From: Eledone cirrhosa | Taxonomy: Eukaryota | NCBI GenBank assembly: GCA_964016885.1 | Contig: OZ024753.1 | Location: 21,204,001-21,268,000 of the forward strand | Length of the DNA: 64,000 bases | Direction: 5' to 3' | Shown: positions 1-12,490 of the stretch, in pieces | Numbering within the stretch: position 1 is the stretch's first letter | Layout of the letters: every line of letters starts with the position of its first letter | Translations under genes and position numbers: made by a program | Notes under the pieces: generated by a model | Databases searched by the model: none | What the model saw: only the letters and a program-made list of their open reading frames with translations | What the model was told of the DNA's origin: nothing

Positions 1-1316
1 TCCTGCAGGCAATAACGGAGGAGTTTAAGACCAGATGTCCATGGGAACTCCTGTATGCTGATGACCTCGCACTCATAGCTGAGTCTATGGTAGAACTAGA
101 GAAGAAATTCCAAACTTGGAAGCAGGGACTAGAAAGAAAGGGTCTCAAAGTCAACATGACAAAGACTAAGGTCCTTGTAAGTAGACGAGAAAACAGAACC
201 CAGATCCCCTCAGGGAAATGGCCTTGCTCAGTATGTAGGAAAGGTGTAGGTAGGAACTCCATTCTCTGCCCCAAATGCAAACAATGGGTACACAAGAGAT
301 GTAGCGGGATCTCAGGAAGCTTAATTAAGAATGTAGGCTTCACATGCAGCAGCTGTGCTGGGACAGCAAGCAGCAAACAGCCACAGGAAACAAGTACCAC
401 CAATTTCTGGGAGGGCTCTGTAGAAACAGTAGACAGCTTCTGCTACCTAGGTGACCGAATTAGCAGCGGAGGTGGGTGTTCAGAAAGTACAATAACTAGG
501 GTAAGAACGGGATGGAAGAAGTTTAGGGAACTACTACCACTGCTAGCTGCAAAAGGCTTCTCCCTCAGAATGAAAGGCAGACTGTATGATGCGTGTATCC
601 GAAAAGCAATGTTGCATGGTAGTGAGACCTGGGCGCTGAAGGTGGAAGACTTACGTAGATTAGAGAGAAATGAAGCCTGCATGCTCCGATGGATGTGTAA
701 CAGTAATATACGTGAACGACAAAGCATAAATGAATTGAGAGAGAGACTGAGCATAAGAGGTATCAAATGCTGTGTGCAGGAGAGGCGGTTGCGCTGGTAT
801 GGACATGTGATGCGTATGAAGGATGACAGCTGCATAAAAAGGTGCAGAGCACTAGAAGTCGATGGAAACCGCAAAGTGGGGAGACCCAAGATGACCTTTG
901 ATGAGGTGATAAAAGTCGACCTTACCCAATTACACCTCTCAAAGGCAATGACACACGACCGTGACTTCTGGCGTCACGCAGTAATATAGAGTACCTGACC
1001 TCCCATGGGTACAAGCTGAAGCATATAGACAATATGCCCCCCCCCCCCCCCCGCAAGGTGGCCGTGGAGGTGCCACGGCAAAAAAGCACCCAGCCCACAC
1101 TGTAAAGTGGACGTGTAGGCGCCACGAAAAAGCACCCAGCACTCACTGTAAATGAGGTTGGTGTTAGGAAGGGCATCCAGCTGTAGAAATCAAGCCAAAT
1201 CAGTTCCTGTATGAGCAACGCATGGTCAGCCGACCAGACACTGCCCACAACAGGACAACCCGTCTAACCCATGCTAGCGTGGAAGAACGGACGTAAAACG
1301 GTGATGATGATGATGA
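1..1316 (+). mobile_element. RTE-clade LINE, 3' part: RT C-terminus with embedded PHD finger, 3' module and (GAT)n tail
   Basis: Frame open from 3 to 989: ELLYADDLAL (YADD), GLKVNMTKTKVL, C4HC3 finger, FCYLG, LHGSETW, RRLRWYGHVMR, GRPK. Ends GGACGTAAAACGGTGATGATGATG. Confidence 0.92.
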
Positions 1317-1347
1317 TATATATGTATAAATATATATATATGTATAA

Positions 1348-1419
<72 letters not shown>

Positions 1420-1457
1420 AAATATATATATATGTATAAATATATATATATGTATAA

Positions 1458-1488
<31 letters not shown>

Positions 1489-1522
1489 TGTGTATATATA
1501 TATATATATATATACATATATA
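1317..1522. repeat. (TA)n microsatellite
   Basis: Seen directly. Confidence 0.95.
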
Positions 1523-1984
1523 CTTGTGTATAATGGTAGCTATGGTGTTTCCATAGGCGGTATGCCAAAATTAGCACTCAATATTCATACAGGGCAGAGT
1601 GTGGATAGTATAAAAAAACGAAAAATCAGTGATGCATCTGGACTCAGTTTGTTGCGTGTTACAATTGTTTCGCCGTTAGGTAGCTCGAGACATGATCACT
1701 GTATGGATCTGGCTGATTCTACGGCTGTAGGTTCCTTCGGACACGGGCAGTTCGTTCGGAGCAAATTTTCTCACTGGGGTGTTATCATCAAAAAACACTT
1801 TCAAAAAACATCTTCAACTCTTGTCATGCCATTGGCTGTTGTTATTCTACGTCATCTTAAGTTCTGGTCACTATTTACTGCTACACGGGTCATCAGCCAT
1901 TTTCCGTCCGACACACTTCAATGGAGTCATGGAGTCATGCTGGGTTCGGTATCTCACACGTCTGTTCACACTTCAGAGTATGTA

Positions 1985-2386
1985 CCCACACATACATACA
2001 CACACATATACACACACACAGGCATATGTATGCATACACATATGTACGCATACATGTGTAGACACACATACCCCCATGCACATATATACACAAACACTCT
2101 CATACACATACATGGATACACACGCATATCCTTATTGATAGGCATCAAGGACAGACACACTTCCAAAGACATAAGCACACATACACACACCTGTACATAT
2201 ATCTACACACAAGTACATGTACCCGTATATAAACACATAGACAAACCCTGTCCTATGTGGGTGTAGGTACGCGCCCACACACACCCCCACACTATATACA
2301 TATATATATATATTTATACATATATATATATACATATATACATTCACACACACACACATATGTATACACACACACATATATATATA
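1985..2386. repeat. Degenerate (CA/TA)n low-complexity tract
   Basis: Seen directly; source of spurious ORFs. Confidence 0.85.
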
Positions 2387-2726
2387 TCATCATCGTTTAA
2401 CGTCCATCTTCCACGCTAGCATGGGTTAGACGAAGAAAGAATCTCTAAGAAAACAGTGAATAGTTTGTGAAAGTTGTGAAAACTAAGTAGAGATATTTTG
2501 TCCGCTCTCTGAGAGTTGACAATGAGTTTAGTAAGGAACTTAACATGGGGTATGTGTCCATCAGAGCATAGTTCTCAGCCTACATTTCTTTATAATTATA
2601 GTCCTCTACAGTGCTGGACTTACCTATAAGCTATAGCTGAAGGACACACACCTTATGGGGAGTGGCTCATTTTAAAAAATATATTTTTATTTTATCATTA
2701 AGTTTTGAACAATAAATCATCAAAAG

Positions 2727-2921
<195 letters not shown>

Positions 2922-2974
2922 TTATATATATATATATATAATAATATTTATATATATATATATATATAATAAGT

Positions 2975-3780
2975 ACAGTAGCTAGAGTCAGAACTGGATG
3001 TTAAAATACCACTATTAGCCGCTAGAGGGTTCCCCCTAAAAAATGAAAGGCAGGTTATACGATGCCTGCATACGAACAGCAATGCTGCATGGCAGTGAGA
3101 CCTGGGCATTGTGTACAGAGGATATACGCAGACTAGAGAGGAACGAAGCTTGCATGCTCCGCTGGATGTGCAATAGTAATATACGTGAACGGCAAAGCAT
3201 AAACGAACTAAGAAAAAAATTAGAAATAAGAGGGATCAGATGTTGTTTACTCGAGAGAAGGCTACGTTGGTACGGTCACGTGATGCGCATGAAAGACGAC
3301 AGCTGTATAACAAAGTGCAGGGCAATAAAGATAGACGGTAGCCACGGAGTAGGCAGACCCAGAAAAACATGGGACGAGCTGATAAATTCCGACCTCACAC
3401 GCTTACACCTCTCCAAGACAATGTCACTGGACCGAGACCTTTGGCGGTACTCAGTAATAGAGAAGACCCGCCTTACCTAAATACAAAGTAAAAACCTACT
3501 ACAGTCAGTAGGCATCTCTATCAAAACACACACACCCCCGTCCCACCACCTCCACCCCATCCACACCGCCCCTTTCAATGTAAAGTTATGTTGGTCCCAC
3601 AACATCCAGGCCGAAACAAATGAGATCGTGTAGGTGTCACGACAAAAAAACACACAGTCCACGCTGTAAATGTGGCCGTGTAGGCAACACGGTAAAAACC
3701 TCCCAGCCCCACACTGTAAATGTGGTTCGTGTTAGGAAGGGCATCCAGCTGTAGAAAACCCGCCAGACAGTCCACGCTGT
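2975..3780 (+). mobile_element. RTE LINE 3' fragment (second family)
   Basis: ORF 3043-3480 has LHGSETW, RRLRWYGHVMR and GRPRKTW; near-identical to 28105-28848. Confidence 0.9.
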
Positions 3781-4729
3781 AAAGATCATTGTTTTGGAGA
3801 TCTGACTCTTCATGTGGAATGTTCGGTGAGGGCACTCTATGATAGAGGGTAATCATCCTAATATGAACACCTTTAGTACTTCTTGATAGACTACACTGTA
3901 ATTTATAGATAATATACTTAAATTTAGAAATTGTTTATAACCTTATATGATGGGAACACATATGAGACACCATTAATGTACTTTAGGATAATAAATTTAG
4001 CTATAGAAATCAGCTAGTTACCTCCCCTTACGCATTAACTCCCCTTAATCACACACACACACTTCCGGAATATAATACGATGTCAACTCTCACAACAAAA
4101 ACAACCTGCTCTATGGAATCGAATTAAAGAACGACAAGCTGTGATGTTCCAGCATGGTTCACCAGGCACCCAATGTTGAATCATCGTGGATTGTGAGATG
4201 GACATGTAGTCTATAAATTGCGTTTCCTGGATTGTGAGTGTGGTGGTGTTTACGAGGACAGTGGTGCTGTTTTGCTTCTCATTTGTAATATTTTTGATAT
4301 TTTTGGTGTTTCTCCACACACGGGCTTCTATATCGTACAGGTGTGTGTGAATAATGCTTAACCAGTTCAGCCCCCATGATGCTCTTGATTGCCTGCTTTG
4401 ACTGCTTGTTTTACTTGTAACAATCTGCCGCATTATAATCTTGTATAAATAGGACACTCGTGCATGCCACACGTGTGACTGTTGCATACACTGGATACTC
4501 CAATCTTTCCTTTTGCTTTATCTTAGTAGACTGCCAATGTTTTATTTTAATTTTAATTTTAATTTTAACTTTAATTTTGTCCTTTAATATGACTGTAATC
4601 TTTGTATGTAAATTACCATGCTATATTATTATAATGGATGTCAACCCACTGTGGGTCAATATATACATATGTTTCTATATGTCTCTTGTGTTGAAAAGGA
4701 GGTCAAGTATGTTAAAAATCACTGAATAA

Positions 4730-4778
4730 TTGCTCCGAAGACTCCAAACCTCGGTTTGGAAGAAACAATTGTAAGCAG
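4730..4778 (+). ncRNA. Minimal type-I hammerhead motif (core variant CCGAAGA)
   Basis: TTGCT-CCGAAGA-C-TCCAAAC/CTCG/GTTTGGA-A-GAAA-CAATTG-TA-AGCAG; stems I and II, palindromic stem III. Confidence 0.65.
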
Positions 4779-5184
4779 ATAAATGATTTAAACAGAACTT
4801 TGTTTCATGTAATCTCTATATGTATATATATATGCAGGTGGTCAAGATGACAGAGGCATTTAACATAGGCAGGGGAAGGAGTGATGGAGGTGACTAACTC
4901 TTAGTTCAAGAGCCTGGCTTGGACCGCACATGCACACTGGTTACAATTCTACCTCTTAGAGTATAAGGCTACACGTGCATACACATACATATACACACAT
5001 AAATGCACGCACACCCATATAGATACACACATACATATACACATAAACAAACAAATAAACACATACACATATATATATTTACATGCACATATATACACAT
5101 AGAAAAAACACAGACAGATAAGTATACATATAAATATACACACATAAATACAAGAAAACATACATATATACATATATATTTGTA

Positions 5185-5555
5185 TGTTTTGCTCATTGTT
5201 TTGGCATTAATATATTGGTTGGATGCCCTTCGTATCACCAGCACCACTTTACACCATGGACTGGGTGCTTTTATTCGTGCCACCAGCACTAGAGAGGTTG
5301 TCTTACTGGACTCAGGGGCCCTCTCCACCCCATACTTTGGCATGGATTTTTATGGCTGAATGGGGCTTCCATTACCCCCATTTTACAGCATGGATCGCGT
5401 GTTTTTATTTGTGTGACTAGCACTAGGGAAGTCGTCTTACTGAACTTAGGGGACTTCTCCATCTCGCACCAATTTATTCGGAGTGGTAGCTCTCCTAGAT
5501 GGGTTGCCTACACTATGGTGTACAGAGCCTCCATCTGCCCCATGACTGCTCTGAG
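5185..5555 (-). mobile_element. RTE LINE 5' UTR fragment
   Basis: Homologous to 24200-24570 and 17390-17750. Confidence 0.7.
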
Positions 5556-5589
5556 TTGTCCTGGGCCACTATTCAACTATATTAAGATA

Positions 5590-6330
5590 CTCTTAGTGAT
5601 TAACAAGACAATAGAAGAAGTTAGAGTAAGTAATAGAATAATTAAGATTAGATTAGTTGTAGGCAATAGGCTGCTGAAAATTATATCTACCTATGCAGGC
5701 CTAGGTAAAGAAGAGAAGGACTGCTTTTATGAGCAATTTCTAGAGACAACCATAGTGACAGAGGACAGAGACCTAGTTATACTAGCAGGTGACTTCAATG
5801 GTCATGTTGGACAGCTCCAGGATGGATACACTGGGGTACATGTTGGTTATGGTATGGCGCAAGAAACAGAGTGAGGTTTCTTGAATTTTGTGTTGCAAAT
5901 GAACTAACCACTTGCAAAACTAACTTCAAGAAACATAGCAACCACCTAATAACCTACCAATCAGGCGAGCCCATAAGCCAGATTGACTTCTTGCTAGTTA
6001 GGCAATGAGACAAACAGATGGTTATTGAGATGTCATTAACAACTAACATAGGTTAGTCGTTAATGACATCTCAATAAGCATGAGACAAAATGAGACACAC
6101 AGGAAGGTGTGGAAAAGGAAGGTCTGGAAGCTAAAAGACCTAAAATATAATTTTAGGAAAGCCCTTCAAGATGTGTATGACGAGAAAGAAGACAAATTAG
6201 AATTGTATGATATAGAAGATAACTGGAAGTTCTTATGAGGTAACCTACTGCACGTAACTGACGAGGCTTGTGGCTGGAGCAAAGCTCCAACCAGACAGGG
6301 TGACTTGGTGGTGGAACAGCATGGTAGATA
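5590..6330 (+). mobile_element. Decayed RTE LINE APE-endonuclease region
   Basis: VRVSNRIIKIRLV, ILAGDFNGHVG, SQIDF; several stops. Confidence 0.8.
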
Positions 6331-6800
6331 AAAATTAATAATAGAAATCTAAAAATAAACCAAACTGAAATAAACCCAAATAACAATATAAGAAAATATA
6401 ATTGCAGGAATAATATCTCTTGTCCACTAGAGAATAATTTCTTAGATAGTAATTTAGTATATAAATGCACAATTAAAACTAAAGATAAACTGTATAATCA
6501 TATAGGGGCCACTTCATCAAAATTTAAGGAGCGGTAGTATAATCACAAACATACTTTTAAACGCAACTAATTTGGTCTTTAAAAGACAATAACACTGATT
6601 ATTCAATCTCTTGGAATAAAATCAGATCGCTCCCGCATACCAAAATTCTTCAATTTCCCAAATTTGTCATCTTTGTATAGAAGAAATCTTTCATATAATT
6701 ACCAATCCTGATAATATTAACAAAAAGAAAGAGATATTTAATTCTTGTTTGCATAAATTTTCCAAGACTTTTCATAATCTCTATAAATGTTCTTTAACCA
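6331..6800 (+). mobile_element. Neptune-type Penelope-like element, GIY-YIG 3' remnant
   Basis: Hand translation NCRNNISCPLENNFLDSNLVYKCTIKT..HIGATSSKFKER*YNHKHTF, then CHLCIEE..INKKKEIFNSCLHK. Confidence 0.8.
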
Positions 6801-6867
6801 TTTAACCGTTTATATGGTGCTCTGAAATATTATCTAAGTTGTTTAATTACAATATAAATAATAATAA

Positions 6868-7052
6868 TAATTGTTTCTACTTTTTGGCACAAGGCCAGCA
6901 ATTACCCAGTGCATTACTGGTACTTTATTTTATCGACCCCGTAAGGATGAAAGGCAAAGTTAACCTCAGCGGGATTTGAACTCAGAATGGCAAGGGCCGT
7001 AACTATGCGTCAAAGCATGGTGTCCGACACTCTACCGATACTGCCAATCCAC
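6868..7052 (-). mobile_element. tRNA-derived SINE, full length
   Basis: A-box-like TGGCAGTATCGGTAG, B-box GAGTTCAAATCC, family core, (ATT)n flanks. Confidence 0.9.
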
Positions 7053-7087
<35 letters not shown>

Positions 7088-7379
7088 GAACCTAATAGAT
7101 CGAAGCATATCTTATTCAATGTTTATCGAAAACATTATATAATTTAGAGTTATTTGCCCATAGTTTGTTTACATAGTTAAAATTGACAAATACGTTATAT
7201 ATTTACTTACATAATTATTATTATAATTAACCATATACGTTAGTAGCTTATAATTTACTACACTGCAATACATTTTTCATATAATCAATATAATTAGATT
7301 CACATTCTTAAAATATATGTTAAATATATATCTATGGTTACACGATTCTTCTACGCTCATGTGTATATCTATATATATA

Positions 7380-7410
<31 letters not shown>

Positions 7411-7625
7411 GCATAATTCTACACTAATATTTCACCCTCTAACGACTAATATAAATACGCTATTTTTCAAACTTTATCTAGCGTCTATAATAACGGTCCT
7501 TTTCTCTTTTAATGTATTCTTAACTTATATCCCTTGTGATTTTGACTTTTTACCTCACTGCCGTTAGCAAGCTTATACTATTAAGTCTATGCTAAGGTAT
7601 GTCAATATCTTAATACCAAATATTT

Positions 7626-7803
7626 TGGCAGTATCGGTAGAAGGTCGGACGCCATGCTTTCCAGCATAGTTACGTCCTATTACGGTCTGAGTTCAAATCC
7701 CATCGAGGTTAACTTTGCCTTTCATCCTTACGGGGTCGATAAAATAAAGTACCAGTAATGTACTGGGTAATTTCTGGCCTTGTGCCAAAAGTAGAAACAA
7801 TTA
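7626..7803 (+). mobile_element. tRNA-derived SINE
   Basis: Same family: A/B boxes, core and tail GTAGAAACAATTAT. Confidence 0.9.
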
Positions 7804-7804
7804 T

Positions 7805-7862
7805 ATTTTATCTGATGAAAGCACATGAAAATTTTGTGTCCTTGAAATAAATATAATAAAAT
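7805..7862 (+). ncRNA. Minimal hammerhead motif, probable 3' UTR of the Neptune remnant
   Basis: ATTTTAT-CTGATGA-stem II (CACA/TGTG)-GAAA-TAAATA-TA-ATAAAAT; 7-bp stem I. Confidence 0.6.
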
Positions 7863-8348
7863 AAATATGGTATTAGAAAGATATTTTCCATTTATTAATA
7901 TTGTTAAAATTAATATATATATATATATCCTGGTATGTTTAATTTTATACCTAATTGTGTATGGTTGACGATTGGTTTAATCGATTTCCACGTGCTATTG
8001 AAATGTTGGGTAAATATTCTATAGCTCTTGATCGCGAATAGATGGCTGTCGTTTATTTATCTATTATTTCTTCATTGGTGCCTTTTAATCTATAGCCTGG
8101 TTTAATTGTTTTTTTGTGTGGTTGATTATGCTGATTGGGAGAGGAAATGGTGTATATATCTTATCAAATGATTATATGGACATATTTTATAGTATATATA
8201 TATAGTTATACTTTGGAAGGGTCATGTTGCCAATAAGAAACACACGCACCAGTTGCTTTCACTCCAATTTATTATAAATTAAATTATAAATTTAAAACAA
8301 TTTATAAATTTCCGGTTGGTTCCCCAACGGGACGGTTGTTAATATATT

Positions 8349-8391
8349 GTCAAAATTCTTTCGTCACACATTCTGTGACTTCTTCAGTGAC
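8349..8391 (-). ncRNA. Hammerhead motif in the inverted pLTR
   Basis: Reverse-complement copy of the 11717-11759 motif. Confidence 0.75.
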
Positions 8392-11300
8392 TGGGGATTC
8401 TTTTCTTTGTTTTGTGCCTCTCCTTTGTTCTGTCCTACGCCATCTTGTTTTTGTGTGTGTTGTGTGTTTAGTTTGCGCATGTGTTACATCCGAGTGTCTG
8501 TGTGTGTTTTTATTTGTTTATTTATTTTTTTATTTACATGTTACTAGTTAGTTGTTTGTTCTATGTGTGTGTGTTTTCATTTTGTCCTTAATTGTAAGTT
8601 GTTATTCCATTCGTGTTTTCTATTTAGTTTCATTCATGTTTTCTATTTAATTTTGGTTGGAGTTCATTTATGTATATTGCCTCTGTAATTTGTCTAAACA
8701 TTGTGTCTTTTCTGTGTGTAAATTTTATTTTTATTTCTATGTTCTCTAATTTGCCCTTATGTTCTATTTTAGCATGTTGGTGGAGTACTGATGATCTTTT
8801 CTATCTTGAAGCTAGCCAGTGTTCATTTAATCGTTCTCCTATACTACGAGCTGTCTCACCTATGTACACTATATTCTTATCTTTACATTGTCCTTCAGTA
8901 CATCTTATGCTATATACTATGTTTCTAGTTTTGCAGTTAATATGGGGGCTTAGTTTACAGATTATGCATTTCTTATATATACAGGGCGGTTTTTCAAAAG
9001 GGTATGTATTACTAATAACACACAAAATAGAGTAGTTAATAACAATGAGCCAGGGGAAACAGACAGGAATAATAAATTAGAGACATAGAAACAACCATGA
9101 GGCTGTTGGTGGAAATAGAAATAGAAATAACACAACTAACAATAGAAATAGAACACACAACGCAGCAGCCTGGAGTTCTACTTTTTATAATCCTTCCGAT
9201 ATCTCCTTCGACTTACGACGACTCCACCCCACAACTTTAGCTTTTAACAAACGCACGCAATTGCCGTCGCAGGTCGATGAATAATCAGAAGCACAATTTA
9301 ATAAAGCTAGATCTAAACTTAGAAATATTATAGAACAGTATAGCAAGAAGCAAAATAGAATGGAGGCCCAACAACTGGGAGAAAAATCTGCGAATGACTT
9401 ACGTAAGCTCATGCAGCGCTCACGTAATGGAGAGATTGCATGCTTTCCAACAGACAAGTCTGGCAGAATGTCGGTTGACAGTCCGTTAAACTACATCCAG
9501 GCAATGCAACCCCACATCACTAACACAAGAGAAGTAACACCACAAGAGCATGAGGATAGGGAGAAAACCCCCAATGCTCATATGATGATGTGGACAAACA
9601 TAATGCAGCCCAATAAACGGACTACCAACAACTTCCAGGCCTGGAACAATGACGTGCCAGCATTGTATGGGCTTCGAAAAGACCATAAGATGAACAGTAA
9701 CCCAGTCACAGGACCACCAACACGGCCAGTCTGTGGAGCTAACATTGCTAGTAACTACAGACTCTCCTACTTCCTCTCCCTGATCGTACGCCCCATCATT
9801 GAAATGTTCCTGGATATATGTGACAGCATGGAGGACCTCCTCAGCAGAATCAGTGAAAATAACCGATCTAGGGATCTAACAGACTGTATAATAGGTAGTA
9901 TGGATGTAGTATCCCTATACCCATCCATTGACGTGGATTTTGCTGTGGAGAAATGCGTAGAAATGATCAGTGAGAGCAATGTTGAATTCTGTGGGATTGA
10001 TACTAGTGAGCTGGGACTCCTACTTAAACTTACTTATAGTAATGATTATCTAGATACGTATGACCTTAGCAACCTCTGCCCCACAAGCCAGCAAGAGGCA
10101 GACCACCTACCATTACCTCAATGGCCAAGAAAACCCACACAGAAAGATGGAACAGGTGGACCAGAGCCATACGGACCCCTGAAAACCATGACGAACTAAA
10201 GAAAATGATTGCACTTACTGTGAGGGCCAGTATAAAACTAACCCTTAAGGAACATATGTTCACATTTAATGGAAAAACATATGCCCAAGAGGAGGGAGCA
10301 GCCATTGGTGTTAGCATTGCAGGTGACATAGCTAACCTATTCATGGTATAGTGGGACAATAAACTTAAAAAACAATTAGAAGACAGCAACTTCTTAACCC
10401 TGATAATGTACTCTCGCTACGTTGATGATATAATCATCGTAGTAAAATCACCCCACTAGAGAACAGTCAAGAATTAGAGAAAAACACGATGGAAAGCATC
10501 CAGCAAATAGCTAACTCCATCCACCAGAGTATTAGAGTTACTATAGACTACCCAAGCAAACGCCCCAACCATCGATTACCTGTACTAGACACAGAGCTCT
10601 GGTTAGAAACCATTAATAACAAAAAACAAAACCTCCATTCCCATTATGCCAAACCCATCACTTCCAAATATCTGATCCACCGAAACTCAGCTGTTTCGGA
10701 TCACACCAAAATCAACATACTGATTGCGGATTTAGTACGGGTGATGAGAAACATGTCCTGCATGTGCAACCCCAAAGAACTAGAGAGACACATACAACAC
10801 TTCATCCACCGTATGCAGTTCTCTGGTTACAATCAGAGAGATAAAATCAAAGTATATAAAGGAGCCAGAACCAAATGGGACCTGCCCCTTGTATAGGAGA
10901 AGATTTTGGAATAGAATAGAAAGAACTAGGAATAAGGTTAATAGAATAAACTCAAGGTATGATAGCAATAAATACCAGAGTGTAATGTTCATCAATACAA
11001 CCCCTAGAGGTGAACTAACTTACAAATTTAGAAGGGCCCTAGATAAACTTAAACTAAATATTAAGATAGTAGAAAGACCAGTACCTCCATAAAAACACTT
11101 ATTAGTAATACATACCCTTTTCAAAGGGTATGTATTACTCATAGATAAGAAATGCATAATCTGTAAACTAAGCTCCCCATATTAACTGCAAAACTAGAAA
11201 CATAGTATATAGCATAAGATGTACTGAAGGACAATGTAAAGACAAGAATATAGTGTACATAGGTGAGACAGCTCGTAATATAGGAGAACGGTTAAATGAA

Positions 11301-11716
11301 CACTGGCGAGAGCTTCAAGATAGAAAAGAATCATCAGTACTCCACCAACATGCTAAAATAGAACATAAGGGCAAATTAGAGAACATAGAAATAAAAATAA
11401 AATCTACACAGAAAAGATGCAATGTTTAGACAAATCACAGAGGCAATAAACATAAATGAACTCCAACCAAAATTAAATAGAAAACATGAATGGAATAGCA
11501 ACATCACAACTTACAATTAAGGACAAAATGAAAACACACACACGTAGAACAAACAACCAACCAGTAACATGTAAATAAACAAATAAATAAACAAATAAAA
11601 ACACACACAGACACCCGGATGTAACACATGCGCAAACTAAACACACAACACACACAAAAACAAGATGGCGTAGGACAGAACAAAGGAGAGGCACAAAACA
11701 AAGAAAAGAATCCCCA

Positions 11717-11759
11717 GTCACTGAAGAGGTCACAGAATGTGTGACGAAAGAACTTTGAC
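11717..11759 (+). ncRNA. Minimal hammerhead ribozyme in the PLE pLTR
   Basis: GTCA-CTGAAGA-G-GTCACA/GAATG/TGTGAC-GAAA-GAAC-TT-TGAC. Confidence 0.8.
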
Positions 11760-12324
11760 AATATATAAACAACTGTCCAGTTGTGGAACCAACCAACCAA
11801 CCGGAAACATATAATAAATTGAAGTTAAAGCAACTGGTGCGTGTGTTTCTTATTGGCAACATGACCCTCCCAAAGTATAACAATATCGGTTTCAACACAC
11901 GTTTTCAGATAAAGAATCTTGCTAAACAAATTCAGAAACGAAATATATTTATATTATTTATTATTTATCATTAATAAAAAATAAGAATAATATTTTTTGA
12001 GTGAAGGGCCTCAAATTTCATATAGTTTAGGGCCTCATCAGTCTGGAGTCCAGCCTTGGCCCTCCAGCCCATAACAAGAAGACAAGTTGTCTGTGAGAGC
12101 CCAAAACTAAATCAAATGTAATTTGGTTTCATGGTATTTCCACTATGTAACAGTGTACCACAGTGCATATAAACAGTAATGCCTTCATACTACTCTTTGT
12201 TGATGAAAGCAATGCTCTTTCATACACCCTAATGTGGCTCCTACAAACATGATTGTATCCACTATAGAATTTATTATGTATTTATTTTATTATTTAGCTT
12301 GTTTTGTTTTTTGTCTGTCTTTCT

Positions 12325-12490
12325 GCAGGCAGCAAATTGACAGAATCGTTAGAGCATCAAATAGAATGCATTATGGTATTTGTTTCAGTTCTATGTTCTC
12401 TGATTTCAAATCCCGGTGAGATCAACTTTGATTTCATCTATTTGAAATTTCATCTATAAAAAAAGTACCAGTCAAGTACTGGGGTTAATT
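12325..12490 (+). mobile_element. Old degenerate tRNA SINE
   Basis: Decayed head, TTCAAATCC and AAGTACCAGTC core. Confidence 0.55.

Larger units (their letters stand above)
8205..11881 (+). mobile_element. Naiad-type Penelope-like retroelement with inverted pseudo-LTR (arms 8205-9018 and 11099-11881)
   Basis: RT motifs DKSG, YGLRKDHK, PTRPV, SMDVVSLYPSID, GAAIGVSIAGDIA, RYVDD; Cys linker and GIY-YIG VYSIRC..C..YIGET..ERLNEH..HQHAKIEH..LNRKHEWN; ~800-bp inverted copy of the 3' end upstream; frameshifts. Confidence 0.9.

Noticed and set aside
9360-11520. Selenoprotein-type Naiad (in-frame UGA plus SECIS)
   Set aside because: Cys positions in the linker and GIY-YIG are normal Cys codons; the interruptions I traced are a TAG and frameshifts; no SECIS recognised
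12329-12376. Candidate host exon after a strong acceptor
   Set aside because: Sequence is a decayed SINE head
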